DNA from: Lingula anatina
Taxonomy: Eukaryota; Animalia; Brachiopoda
DNA: 64,000 nt
Assembly (NCBI GenBank): GCA_051362555.1
Contig: CM120647.1
Span: 8,742,001-8,806,000 of the forward strand
Reading direction: 5' to 3'
Below the pieces are notes generated by a model. The model did no database searches. It was not told the DNA's origin and saw only the letters and a program-made list of their open reading frames with translations. The position numbers were made by a program, and so were the translations under genes. Positions 11,728 to 25,000 of this stretch are shown piece after piece (the first letter of the stretch is position 1; the number at the start of each line of letters is the position of its first letter).

Positions 11728-14700
11728 CTATGCTGCACCCGATTTGTTCTTCTTTCTCATTGGCTGCTCACTCTGGCCTGGAGATGGCTTGGATTCTTCC
11801 TTGGCTTTTTCTTTCTTCAATACCTCAATTTTTGCCCATCGACTTCGGGTTGGGGAGCTTGGCGAGTTTTCAGAATCTTTGAAACATAAAAAAAATCCTT
11901 AATTATCCTTATTTTTTTAACCCTATTATATATCATCTATGTCTATTCATACATGTAAGACTTTTTTCTTATAAGTGATCACATTCTGTGTATCTTTACT
12001 GCATGTGTAAAATCTGTATCATTTAATTTTTTTTTCATTTTATTAAGTTGTGATATTTCTTTAGACTAACTGAATTATTTTTAAAAACATTTTGTATACT
12101 TTGTGTTAAAAATTTATAGTACAGGTTTTTGCTTTGTGTGTGTGTGTGTGTGTGTGTTTGTATGTGTGTGTATGTGTGTGTGTGTATGTGTATGTGTGTG
12201 TGTGTGTGTGTGTGTGCACGTATATATCATAAAATGCTTTAAAAGGGTAAATTCTATTACAATCTCATGTTCAAAAACAAACGGCAAAGACTGTGGTTAA
12301 AAATCTTCAACTATAATACTGTGCTTTACTACTAAAAGAGATAAAAGCATTGGCTAAAAGATCAAAATATATATCTTGCTTCTCTACAAGTTTTAAGTCT
12401 ATTTTTGCATAGTAGAATTTTTTAAAAGTCCATAGGCAGAACAAGCAGTACTTTTAGCTAAGACCAATTTTATCCTGAAATGCCTCCAAACATACTTATG
12501 ATCATAATTAAGTTTTGGAAATAGAATGTAGCCATCTTTAAATTGTTGTAGACCATTTATCAATTAATTGTCAGTTAATAAATGATAATTATTATCCATT
12601 AATAAATTTTAAAATAATTGATATTATATAAATTGGAAATTAAGTAATCAAACTGAAAAAAATATTTGCATTGAATTTTTGAGAGAGACTGCATCCTTCA
12701 TTCAACAGCACATTTTAAGAGAAAAATATATCCTGCATGAAAATAGAAAAAAAATTCCCCAATAAAATAATCAACAATACAGAGAAAAAAAAAAACAAAA
12801 TAAAAAAGGCAAAAACAAACTTAAGGCAAATTATTATTTGGTCCTTTGAAAATTGAGAAAAGGTTTTAGGTGACTTTTTAATGTTGAATACACTATATAT
12901 GCGTAATTTTTTGATGAAATCATAATTCAGTGTAAGACTTGAGGTCCAAAATTTACACAAATCAGGCACTTAAAACAGTTTTTATGCCTTTAAAAATTAG
13001 CTTAAGATAATTATAATCAGGCAATCACATAACAGAACTATCAATCAACAAATCTTTATCAAGGTAAAATCACAGCAAAAACTATGTAGATGCTAATTGG
13101 AAATGATTTATTTAACTATAAAATTTATTCAATTTAGCAAACTTAAATATTCTTATTTCTGGTCAGTGAAAGAGAATAAAAACTTTAATTGTTGTATGTT
13201 AACCATAAATGTGATAGACTCAAAATGTGTTTCTCCTGAAATTCTCATCATTGGCAGCAATTCAAAAATTTCAATGGCAGAAAAAGGAGAAAAAAAGAAC
13301 ATTTAGTCTATAAAACTTAATCTAAGGCCAATTAAACAAAAGAAGCTGAAGTTGAATGTTGGACTTATTTCCACCATCTTTACCAATGAAGGATAAATTG
13401 ATAGCTGACATAAAGTAGTCATCCTTCTAAAACAAAATTGTTTCTGAGCTTTTTGCAAAACAGATCCAATTATCCTTGTTTGGGAGAAAAAATACTGATT
13501 TTTTTCCAGGTTCAATAGACCAAGTTTTGGTCTTAATGTCCAATATTTAACTTCTTTTGTGAAACCATCCCAAAAGATTCATGTAAGCATTTTAATTTAA
13601 GTCTATAGCTAAATCTATATTTGTCAAATGAATCAATTTAGGAAGAAAAAAAAATCAATTGCTACACAAATGTTTCATATTCATGAAGGAAATTCTTAAA
13701 GATAAAGCTGGAATCTGCTCCCACATTAGAACCCAAGCATGTTTATAATGATATATAAGCCTCTACCAATGCAGAAAGTAGCCAAGCAAAGCTTCCGTGC
13801 CATTACCCGATATTTCTTCATAATCCTCATAATCAGAATACAATTCTGACTCATCGTTTTTATCACCCTGGTTACGGAGTTCTAGCAACTGTAATGCTGG
13901 ACTAGCTACAGGTTCTGAGGTGAAATTGACAACCAAAAATTAGGTCAGCTTATTGGGTCAAATGCAAAACAAATCTGGGTCAAGGTCATGGGTCAGGAAA
14001 ATCAAAATAAAATTGGAGAAAATGAATGTCAATTTCATCAGGTTATAGGCCATTTCAAATGAATGGGAAAAGCATTTAAAATGAAAATAAATTCAAAATT
14101 AAAATATGTTTAAATGCATATAGCATACCAGTATTGGTTATTTGCAGTTAGGTTATAAAAGGTCAAGGCCGCTCCAATTAATACTTGCTTGGTAATTTTT
14201 ATGCCCCAAAATAATAAAAGAAAATATGCAAAATATTGAAAAATATACAACAACACAAAAAATAATAATAACTGGATTTGAAAATTAAACAGGGTTAATG
14301 GACAGGGAAGAGAGCAAGAAAAAAATGAAAGATAAATCTGTCATCAAATTTTGTATATACCAAGGTACATGCTTTACCTTTTTTTTTTTTGGGGGGGGGG
14401 GGGGGGGTGGGTAGGGGGGTAATTGTCAGAGGGGAAGGTAGCTGATGGTTAATATTACTTAACATCCACCAGGATTAGGTAATAAAATAATAAAATATAA
14501 AAATTATTATTAATATAAAATGTACTAAACTGCATGCATTGTACCTTATAAAAATCTGTTTCTATATATCATTTGGCTGCAATAAGAACAGAAGGAGGGA
14601 CAAATAACAGATGTTTCAAGAGATACTATGGTAATTCCTCAAAATTAATGTTAATAGTGTAAAATTTATCTAATGTGGTACATTATGTCAAATATCCAAG

Positions 14701-17700
14701 AAATATACCAGTGAATATTTACAAGGCCTTTTTAACACTGAGTGGTATACTTTAGAGTTACAATCTGTACTGGTACACTATGAGAGAGTGACAAGTTACG
14801 GATTCCCACACTTAACGCAGCCAATCAGTCATCTTCCGTCCAAAGAGAAAAAAGTGTCAAACTTGTGAAAATGAGTAAAACCTGTGGCATAACCACATGT
14901 GAGGTTCTTTCAAATGTACCAGTACAGCCTCTATTACTAAAGTATACCGCTTGATGTGAAAATGGCCTCAAGTTCAAATTAGCATGAAAAGGTTCCAGTA
15001 AAATCTAGCCAAATTATATGTATTACCTACATGTCAAATTTTCTACAAATAGGTTTAAATTATAACAAGGCAGCAAAGCTGTCAAATGTACAGACAAAAA
15101 GCAGACAATAACAATGCACAAAACAGGCTACTGTCAATTCTGATGCAAAAGTACATTATGCTTAACTGCAAATTCAACATCAAATTTTAATTATGCTCAA
15201 CAGGTAATACCAATGTAAGTGAAATGTGTAACAAGCGCAAGGCTTCAGGCCCATGGGAGTTTAAGTTCACACTTTGAAAATGCCAGAATGAGAAAAATGA
15301 AAATTTCACATAAAACTGCTTAAATTCAATAATAAATGATAACCCATTTGAGCTGGCTTTCTAATTTGAACTGCATGCCAATCCTACAAATCATACTTGT
15401 AAGTTGAAAATAATAATAAGTAACATAAATTTCTTTTCATAATGTTTGTAGTAGCAGTGCAAAAAGATTTTTGTCAATTTTGATGTAACATTACAAAATA
15501 AATTACAGAATAATTATCACCAATTTTTGATTATTGACTATAAATAGCATGGACATGTAGAAAATTTGATTACCATTTGGCTTCATGTCCATGGGAGCTT
15601 CGAGTCCCACAATGAATATGCCAACATGATAAAAATGAATATTTCACTAAAATGTATAACTTCCAGAAAAAGAAGCCAATTAGACTGCTTTTCCAACTCA
15701 GGCTGCATTTTAGTCCTTTGTTTCTTTTTTGAAAGTTTGACAATCATAAGTAACATGGTTTTCCCATAATGGTCATCATGGCAGCAGCACCAAAAATTGT
15801 GTTTTCTTCTATTTTAATGCAATATTACATAATGCTTAACAGCATAATGACCGTCAATTTTTAATAATAAAATATACGTATCTTGGATTTTCAGAAAATG
15901 TGACTAGCATGGGTCTTCAAGCCCGTGGAGGTTCTAATTAAGTCACACCTTGAAAATGCCAATATGTAAAAAATTAAATTTTCACAAAAAACTGATTAAC
16001 TGCCAAAAAAATTTACCAAATAGTCTGCATTGCCCACTGAAGCTTTATTTAACTCCCATGTTTCTTCCTGTAAGTTTGAGAACAGTAAGTGACATGGTTT
16101 TCCTTAAATGGTCATCATGGGAGCAGTGTCCAAAATAGGGGTGTCTTCAAATTTTGATGCACTATTACATAATGTTTAACAGGATAATTACCATCAATTT
16201 TTAATAATAAAATATTAGTATCATGGATATTCAGAAAATGTTCCTAGCAAAGGTCTTCAGGCCAAAGGAACTTCAAAGTCACACCTTGAAAATGCCAAAA
16301 TGTAGACAAGACAGCACTGTCTTGAAATGTTTTTTTTTTCCATTTTTAACAATTTTTTAACATATAACAAAATTAACAATTTACTGCCATTTATATATGA
16401 TCAACTAAGAAAATTGATGAGATGGGAAAAATATCAATAGAACAGTGTTTAATGTCCAATTTCCTCCATTCTGAGTTTCTGAACATAGTGAATGAATGTA
16501 TCTGACAAACTGCAATGATATGAGTTTATTTCCATTTTTCAAACTCTATTATACAATACATGATAACAAGTTTACCATCATTTTTACATAATCAACTAAC
16601 AATGTTGTAAAGATGCAGGAAATGTCAAACAAACACTTTTACGAATCTTATTAGTTAAATAATGAGACTGTTAACATGCCTAAGAATTGAATCTGAGGAA
16701 ATGTTTAAAAACAGCATAACTTATAAAATAATGGCCCGATTATGCTGATTTTCGAACTTGACCTGCATTTTAGTAAGATTAATTACTCCTGTGAGTTTCA
16801 TGACAACAGGTCTATCGGTTTTCCTTGAAATGTGTTAACAGTGTTGCACATATGCTGAAAAGTGAAAAAAACAGCATAACTACTAAAATAGTGGCCCGAT
16901 CATGCCGATTTTCGAATTTGATCTGCGTTTTAGTAAGATTAATTACTCCTGTGAGTTTCATGACAACAGGCCTATCAGTTTTCCTTGAAATGTGTTAACA
17001 GTGTTGCATATATGCTAAAAAGTGAAAACACAGCATAAATACTACAATAATTGCCCAAACATGCTGATTTTCGAACTTGACCTGCGTTTTATGAATATTC
17101 ATCAGCTCTGTAAATATAAAGCCAAAAAGTAAAACTGTCTTCCACTTATCGTGTTAACGATGAAAGTGCACGGCGACGGCGACGGCGACGGCGACATCGA
17201 CGGCGACAGGGACGGCGACAGAGACGGCGACGGCGACGACAGACGCAGGTGATGGCAATATGTACAGACACATCTGTGTCTGTACATAAAAATGACTACA
17301 AATTCTGTAAGGTGCATTCTGTTAAAATAAATTAGGATAAAATATAAACAATCTGCCAAGATCTTTTACCTTGTAACCAGCTGAAGTCTGTGATAGGCTT
17401 TTTCTGTTTGCGAAGCTCGATCCTGTTTTTTCGACCAGGAGGCTCCCTCTCTGCCTGCTGAAGGTCATGCCGTAAATTATTCTTAGACCACTGTCTCTGA
17501 AATTAATTAAAAAAGAAATAAAGATTCAATATTTATGCTTATTTTATAAACCATGAGATTTATATGCTAGTAATTTTGAATCAAAACTTTCAAGATATTA
17601 TGCTAAGAAAATTCATCAACCAAATTTTATGTACTAAGTAAGGAAAAAGTGACTCAAGGCACCTGTTTCACAAATTCAAGAGCTTTTGCCTGAAAACTGG

Positions 17701-18117
17701 TCTACATTTTTAGGCTTAACTTTACTTCACTTAGATCCAAATTCACAATGATTTTACATAAGGTATGATAACAAGTTTCTAGGTGTGACAATGACATTGT
17801 GTTGGGTGTGACAATGACTTTGCATTAGGTATGATAATTATATGCTTGGTGTGACAGTGACATTGCACTAGGTGTGACAATGACACCGTGTATGGTGTGA
17901 AAATGACATGGCATTTGGTATGATTATATCATACTAGGTGTGACAATGACATTGTGCTGGTTTGTCAGTGACGTTGTGCTACGTGTCTGTGACGTTGTGC
18001 TAAGTGAGAGAACGACACTGTGACAAGTCACTATACATACATTAACAACTTTCCCGCCCTCCTTGCCCTGTTGATCCTGCATAAGCTCACTTAGGGAAGA
18101 CTCAATGGAATGTAAAA
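11728..18117 (-). CDS. C-terminal tail exons (27-30) after the MH2 domain
   Basis: Exons 18117-18041, 17496-17370, 13914-13807 and 11876-11728 are each open in the phase set by the previous exon and end ...KKNKSGAA*. Confidence 0.75.
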
Positions 18118-19020
18118 CTGGAACAAGAGAGACAGGATAAAGGTACAAAAATATATTTCAAATTTTAAAAAAATCATCATTATGCATGACATTATAATAT
18201 TGCCTTAGAAGATTGGTCTGAAAAAATATGGACTTAAAGATATTTCTTTTTTATGAATTGTGACATCTTGGACACAATAATTACATATGAAATATTGCAA
18301 TAATATTTAGAATTATAAAAAGTGCTTTAGACAGGATATTTCTATAGGGTCTTTGTAGTAGGAAAAAAGGTGTGTTGATAGTGGACATCTATCATCTGAA
18401 TAAAATTATTTAAAAAGTGATGAATGTTATTTTCATGCCAATGATTTCCCCCTCCATGCCTTACAATAAACTCAACATACCATGCTCATCATCTAGAGCG
18501 TTAAGTGCTACATAATTAATAATGATGATCCAACAGGGCGTGTCCATGTCATCTAATGTGTTACGGACAAAACTTAAGGCCACAATGCAGTTTGTCCGTA
18601 ACCGCTCCAAGTTTGGGTGTCTGTTACGTAGTTCTAAAGCTATAAGGCTTTTGAATTCTCCCATGTCAAATACCTGAAATAATAACATGAAATACAAAAT
18701 TAAAGTAATATATGACATGATATTAAGCAATTTCCACTTACAGCTGCTTTCTAATGATTTTTCTCAATATCTAAGTATCTATGTTTGAAAATTCACTTTT
18801 CACTTCTAGTGAAACTCATCAAGACAAGTTCATTTACACACACATATTAGATATGATGATTACACATAATAATATAAAATTATAATAATCAATGATCTTA
18901 AAGGAATAAGTTTTTGGGTAAGCAAATGCACTTCTGAAGAAGTGCATGGTTTTTACACATATCATTATACATATTATATACATCATTATACATACACATA
19001 TCATTCTTTTTCTTTACTTA

Positions 19021-19058
<38 letters not shown>

Positions 19059-22000
19059 CTGCAATCAAGTGCCCTCTTCATGAGGTTAGAACCAATTTTT
19101 GGACATTTTACCTTAATGGTCTTCTCTGCTGGCAGTCTGCCCATGTTTCTGATGACGTCTGCCGATACGCTACAGCTGCTGGGGTCATTGTAACCCTTGA
19201 CGATGACATCATTTTTACCCAATCGGATGGCCCAGATATTTCCCTCTTTGTCACGTTTTATCAAAACACCCTGGAATATCATAGAATGAATATTTTCCCC
19301 CAATCAGATGTCGCACTAAACATCAGTATCTTTTACTTTCTTTAAAAAATATTCAGTCAAACATGTCAGTGTCAGTGTTTGAGAGCACAAAATTTATGAT
19401 TATATTTCAAATTCTTTCTTACACAAAAATTGCACACAAATATGTTAAGTTATAGTATGGCACATCACATTCATCCAGAAAGAGCTGATCAAAAACGAAA
19501 TCAAATATTTTAAAAATGTCCTTTGATTCTAGATGCTGCCTTTCTGCTTTCACGAACAATCACGTCCCATATCAGTTCTATTATTTAAAACCAACATTTT
19601 CAGAATTGTGAATGAAGACAACAATCATTCATTAAATAATACATCCAACCTGATTCTGACTTACACAGATAACATATGGTGACAGCATACCCTGAGATTC
19701 AGGGGTTACAAGAAACCTCAATTTATCAAAGGCAAGTAGCTGCGCGCCAAATTACTGGAAATGGCAGAGAAATGCTGATAAAAGAGAAATTTCAGAAACC
19801 TCAGAACTTGGGGTTTTAATGAAAATGGCAGAGAAATGCTGGTAAAAGAGAAATTCCAGAAATCTCAGAACTCAGGGTTGTAATGAAAATAGCAGAGAAA
19901 TGCTGATAACAGAGGAGTGATTCCAGAAACTTTTGAAACTCAGGGTGCCTCAAAGTGACTCAGTGAATTCCAGGAATTTTGTTCGAATTCTTAGAAATTT
20001 ATTCTACATGTGTGACCAGTATAGACTTACCTTTCCTATGTGCTCTCGAACTTTGGCAGTCTTATCATCTCGGAATGGGTTCTCAAACACAGCCAGGCCC
20101 AACCTGAATATTAAAATTTATTAATCATTTTATATGATAAAAATTAAATGATTTTACTGGAATAAGCTTTTCAGTAAGAAAATGCATCTCTGAAGCAGTG
20201 TATTGTTTTTAAACTTAATTGTGAAACTATGAGCCATTTTGAATGATTTCCATTCTGAGAATTCCCCTGTGACGAGGGTAATTATCAATGCATGGGTGAA
20301 AGTTTTCAGTATAATGTCTGATTTCAGGATTTTCAGTCTTCATTTTGGTTGTTTTTTTTTCATATGGTCTAAATGTGATGAGAAATTGCAAGCTACATTT
20401 TTAGTAAATCCATAAAAAGCATTCTTAATATAAAATATGCACATGCATCTGCACTTTGAAATTATTTATATGAATGACTGGTAAATACTAGGCCCATGAT
20501 ATCAACAATTCATTAAAGACACATGATTTATTATTCATCAGCAATGAAAAGCAAATCAGGCAAACCTTGTTAAACAAAAGAAGGATGTTTTATACACTAC
20601 ATTGTATATTCATAGCCAGTTTGCTGTACAATTATTTGAAAAGGTCTCCTTCAACACCTGCACGGTCTATAAAATAAGACCCTGGACTTACTTCTGTCCG
20701 TCGTACTCATGATCCGAGCCATCCACCGTAAACTGGGGCTCCCTGACGTAGAATTTTGCGATCCCTTGCTCTCTTTCCATGTAGACAAGCTTGCACCATA
20801 TATCTGGCTCGAGTGAGGATCGCTTCTGTAGGGAATCTTCAACTATTTGCTACATTCAAGTAAAATAAACACAATTTAACTAGATAGCAATCAAGATTTG
20901 CATGACAAGCAGGTTTTGCTTTCCTGGCTTATAACAGAATATACTTCTGAATCGTCAAAATACTTCTATTTGCTTATCACCAATTATTTATATTTTGTAT
21001 ATTGCCAGATCACGTATTCAGTTAGGCCACATCTAACTTTGCAATAGTACCAAACAAAAATCAGACTCATATCATTTAAATCAGTTACATACGTATGTAG
21101 CAAGAAAGAACAATTTTAAGGGATGCTACTATGAGATCTATGAGAGTGGCAAATTATTAATTTACGTAAATAAAATTTCGTTCTCATTATTTTTACAATG
21201 TCTTACCTGGTACAAAACATCTTTGTCAACTTTCCGTGACAATGGCCGTCTGTAATGACCAGCATCGCTGACAGCAAATTCTGAAGGTGCTTTTACTGAA
21301 GACTTCACACTGGGATACATATTTCTGAAAATGCAGGTAAAAAAAGTTCAGTACCAGGTCTTATTCAACCTACTTTAAAATACTACAGATTTTGAGGGGA
21401 TCTTCACTGAAGACTGTTGAACAGACATGCCCTGCTACATGTTTTGAAAAATTCAAAGGTCACAGAAACTACTGTATAAGATTTCATTCAGTTTATATGA
21501 AAAATAACACCAACTGTGAAGGTGACCTCGATGATTATTTAAGCTTGAATAATATGTTTTTAAAACGAAACTGCTGTATGAGTTTTCAGTCGATTTATAT
21601 AAATATGGTACTTTAATTAAGGTGCCTTAAATTGCACCTAAATAGATATGCAATATTTTAAAAAAATATGATTTTATACTTGAATATATACTTCTGAAAA
21701 AAAATGATTGGAATTTAAACTATCTTGGAATAATGTTTCTGAAATAAAACTACTGCATCAGGTTGCCCTCAACGCATCTATCATATACTCCAAATCTTGA
21801 AGGTGTTTTTAGTGAAGTCTTTAACTTGTTTGGTTGGCTGTTCGTTTTCTTATTACCCAAAATACTGACCATACCTTTTTTTTGCATAAGATTCAACACA
21901 ATCATCTATGAAAATACACAAAAAATACATCCAGTTTTTCTTTCTTACACCCACCAATTCAGTTTAAATTCAAAACAGTGCAAATTCACCATTTTTTTTT

Positions 22001-25000
22001 CATGTGTTTGTACCTATTTTAAGATGTTCCCTACGCCTATATCACCCTACGCCTATTTTCACCCACAATGCTGAACAGATAACCCCACCTCACCTAAATA
22101 CATACAGATTTTCTTATCTCATAGGAAGTCATACCATGCAAAAACCTCATTTAAAATTATAAACTTCAGCCTATCCAAGATGATTCCCATTTAAGTCTAT
22201 ATTTCTAGTATTTTCTATTTTTAAATAGAAATTAAAATTGTGTTACATGACAATCAAGCTGCTTGATTTCAGTAGACTCATACAAATTTGTCTTACAAAG
22301 TAACATCCAGCTTTCCAATGTGTAAAAAAAGTCTGTTTTTTAAAAACAATTAAATAAAACAGTAAAATTATGAGACATCAAACAAAGCATGTCTCTCTAA
22401 TGTAGGTTGTCTGTGTTACTTTTCAGAGTCCCATGCTTTTTATGACTTTCAAATAAAATGGTCACTTATAATAAGCCAAAATGAAAGGCTAAGCAACCTT
22501 TTTTAAACTTTTTTTTGTGTATTCTAGCTACCTAATATAAGATATCACTTTTTAAATCCACTTTTTTGAAATAGTACTGAAAATATATTTTCACTGTGAG
22601 TACTATACTATATAAAAGCAGAAAAGTTTACCAATATCAAATCATGCGCAGTGTTTGCTAAGTGCCCAATTTAGGTCATACATTGTACCGTTTGTCGCCA
22701 TGCAGTCTTGATGATAAAGCCAGACTACGTGACCCATTCATAATGCCCTGTACATGTTACATAAAGGCAGAAATGCATCGACCAATCTAAAAAAATGACA
22801 AATCTAGCAGCTTTAAAATAGATGCTTTATATTGTAGACTGACCTCAATATTGCAACTAAATCCATTAAGAGTGTCCAATTAAAACTAACCAACTCCAAA
22901 AATAAAATTGCAAAAAAAAAAATAAATAAATAAATAAAATAATAATAATAATAATAATAATAAAATAATAATAATAATAATAATAATCCAATATATATGT
23001 ATCCTATCATTGGCATTACCTTTACAGACAGCAACAAACTGGACCCTACAGGCTACTCTATAATACCACAGTGTGCCGGAATGTACACTATAGCTAATAA
23101 GTCCCCGGTCACTTTAATAGCACACGCTGTCTACATCAGACGCGCTAATGCGCACGTCCCCGACAGTGTTAATGATAGGGGGATTACGATGGACAGCGCA
23201 TGTTGCTCACAGCAGTAGGCACTGCCGCCGAAGTTAAACCGGTAATTAAGTCTTTAACTTGACTAAACATGTTTTGCTTTGTAACTTGCGTCCTTCAGTC
23301 TTGCTGTTGCGGAAGCGCCGGCGGGACATATCTCCACCTTGCCGATATTTATCCCGACTCTCGACTTTAAAAGTATTATTGGTTTTGATTTTATCAAAGT
23401 CTTATTATATCAGAAAACCTGCATATTTTCATACGTTAAGAGAATTATAGAAACTGTAGAAAAAGCTACTCGTACATCAGGGACACGCTCGGCTGTCACC
23501 TTGATTGGATAGTAAACGGTTGTCGTAAAATCGCTAAATGATATTAAAACCCGGTGCATAAACTTGAAAACCACCTAGGACAACCTTAGACTGCCACATT
23601 AATCTAATACAACGCAAAAATAAACTATAACAAGTGGTTAAAGCCTTCAAACCAAATGTCGTAAAGTCCCCATATACCTCCATAGAGACAATAAAATAGA
23701 AGAAGCTTGTGAAACAAGAAAAATCCAGTTCCAACATAATAATCGAAATAAAATACTGCCGGGCATCGGAGCGGCCTAAAACTTGGCACGCTTACCGCTA
23801 ATACTGCAGGCTACATCATCCCGTCGCTCGTTTGTAAATTCCGTGCATGGCATACGCACAATCAAACCGTATATCCAAATTCCACCTCTGATGTTTGAAT
23901 TGGTCCTCTCTAACCTACCATTACGAAAAAGAAGCCATGCCATTGGACAATGCGACCTCTTCGGTTACGTCATTTCCTGAATTGGATTGTAGAGAGGACC
24001 AATTCAAACATCAGAGGTGGAATTTGGATATACGGTTTGATTGTGCGTATGCCATGCACGGAATTTACAAACGAGCGACGGGATGATGTAGCCTGCAGTA
24101 TTAGCGGTAAGCGTGCCAAGTTTTAGGCCGCTCCGATGCCCGGCAGTATTTTATTTCGATTATTATGTTGGAACTGGATTTTTCTTGTTTCACAAGCTTC
24201 TTCTATTTTATTGTCTCTATGGAGGTATATGGGGACTTTACGACATTCGGTTTGAAGGCTTTAACCACTTGTTATAGTTTATTTTTGCGTTGTATTGGAT
24301 TAATGTGGCAGTCTAAGGTTGTCCTAGGTGGTTTTCAAGTTTATGCACCGGGTTTTAATATCATTTAGCGATTTTACGACAACCGTTTACTATCCAATCA
24401 AGGTGACAGCTGAGCGTGATCAGGGATAAAAAACAACACCTTGCAGCACTATTACCTATTATTCATCACCAGAAGTTACTGTTTCACTTTTTTCTCCCAA
24501 ATTACAAAGTCTGATGACAACTGAAAGCCTTTAGCCATACCTCAGGGCAGTGGGAGATAGTCTGGATTTGATTAAATGTAATAAAAGTATATTTTGAAGA
24601 ATTTTCCTAGCCTTCGGCAATTTCCGCAAAGCTTCGGCATGCGCGGCAATACAGAGCTGTCGATGTATGTAATCGTGAACAATAGAATTGGTGGAACAAC
24701 GGTTAACGTCGTTGAGTCGTCTGCAACCTACCCGACGGGAGTTCGTGTCCGTGTCTGTACTTTTGAAGATTTTGAAATTGTCATTATTATAAATATCGAT
24801 GAATATATAAAACAGTCGTGGCTAATTGTTTTTGCAACGGAAAGCACAGTAGGAAGGTGTGTTGTTATTGTTAAAGTTATTATTACTCGGGACATAAATT
24901 AGTATGCTAATCTCTTATAATGGTATAATGATTGATACGATGGGTATCAAATAGTTTTCCTTTGATATAAACAACAAAAGAGCGGCCTTCCAAATATCTT

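Noticed and set aside
18481-21324. Canonical Smad gene
   Set aside because: No MH1 exons, no SSxS, a non-canonical L3 loop, and it is in phase with the upstream myosin exons.
23534-24368. Two nearly identical 67-aa ORFs (23534-23737 minus, 24165-24368 plus) as duplicated genes
   Set aside because: They are mirror images inside the TIRs of the foldback element and show no recognisable protein motif.
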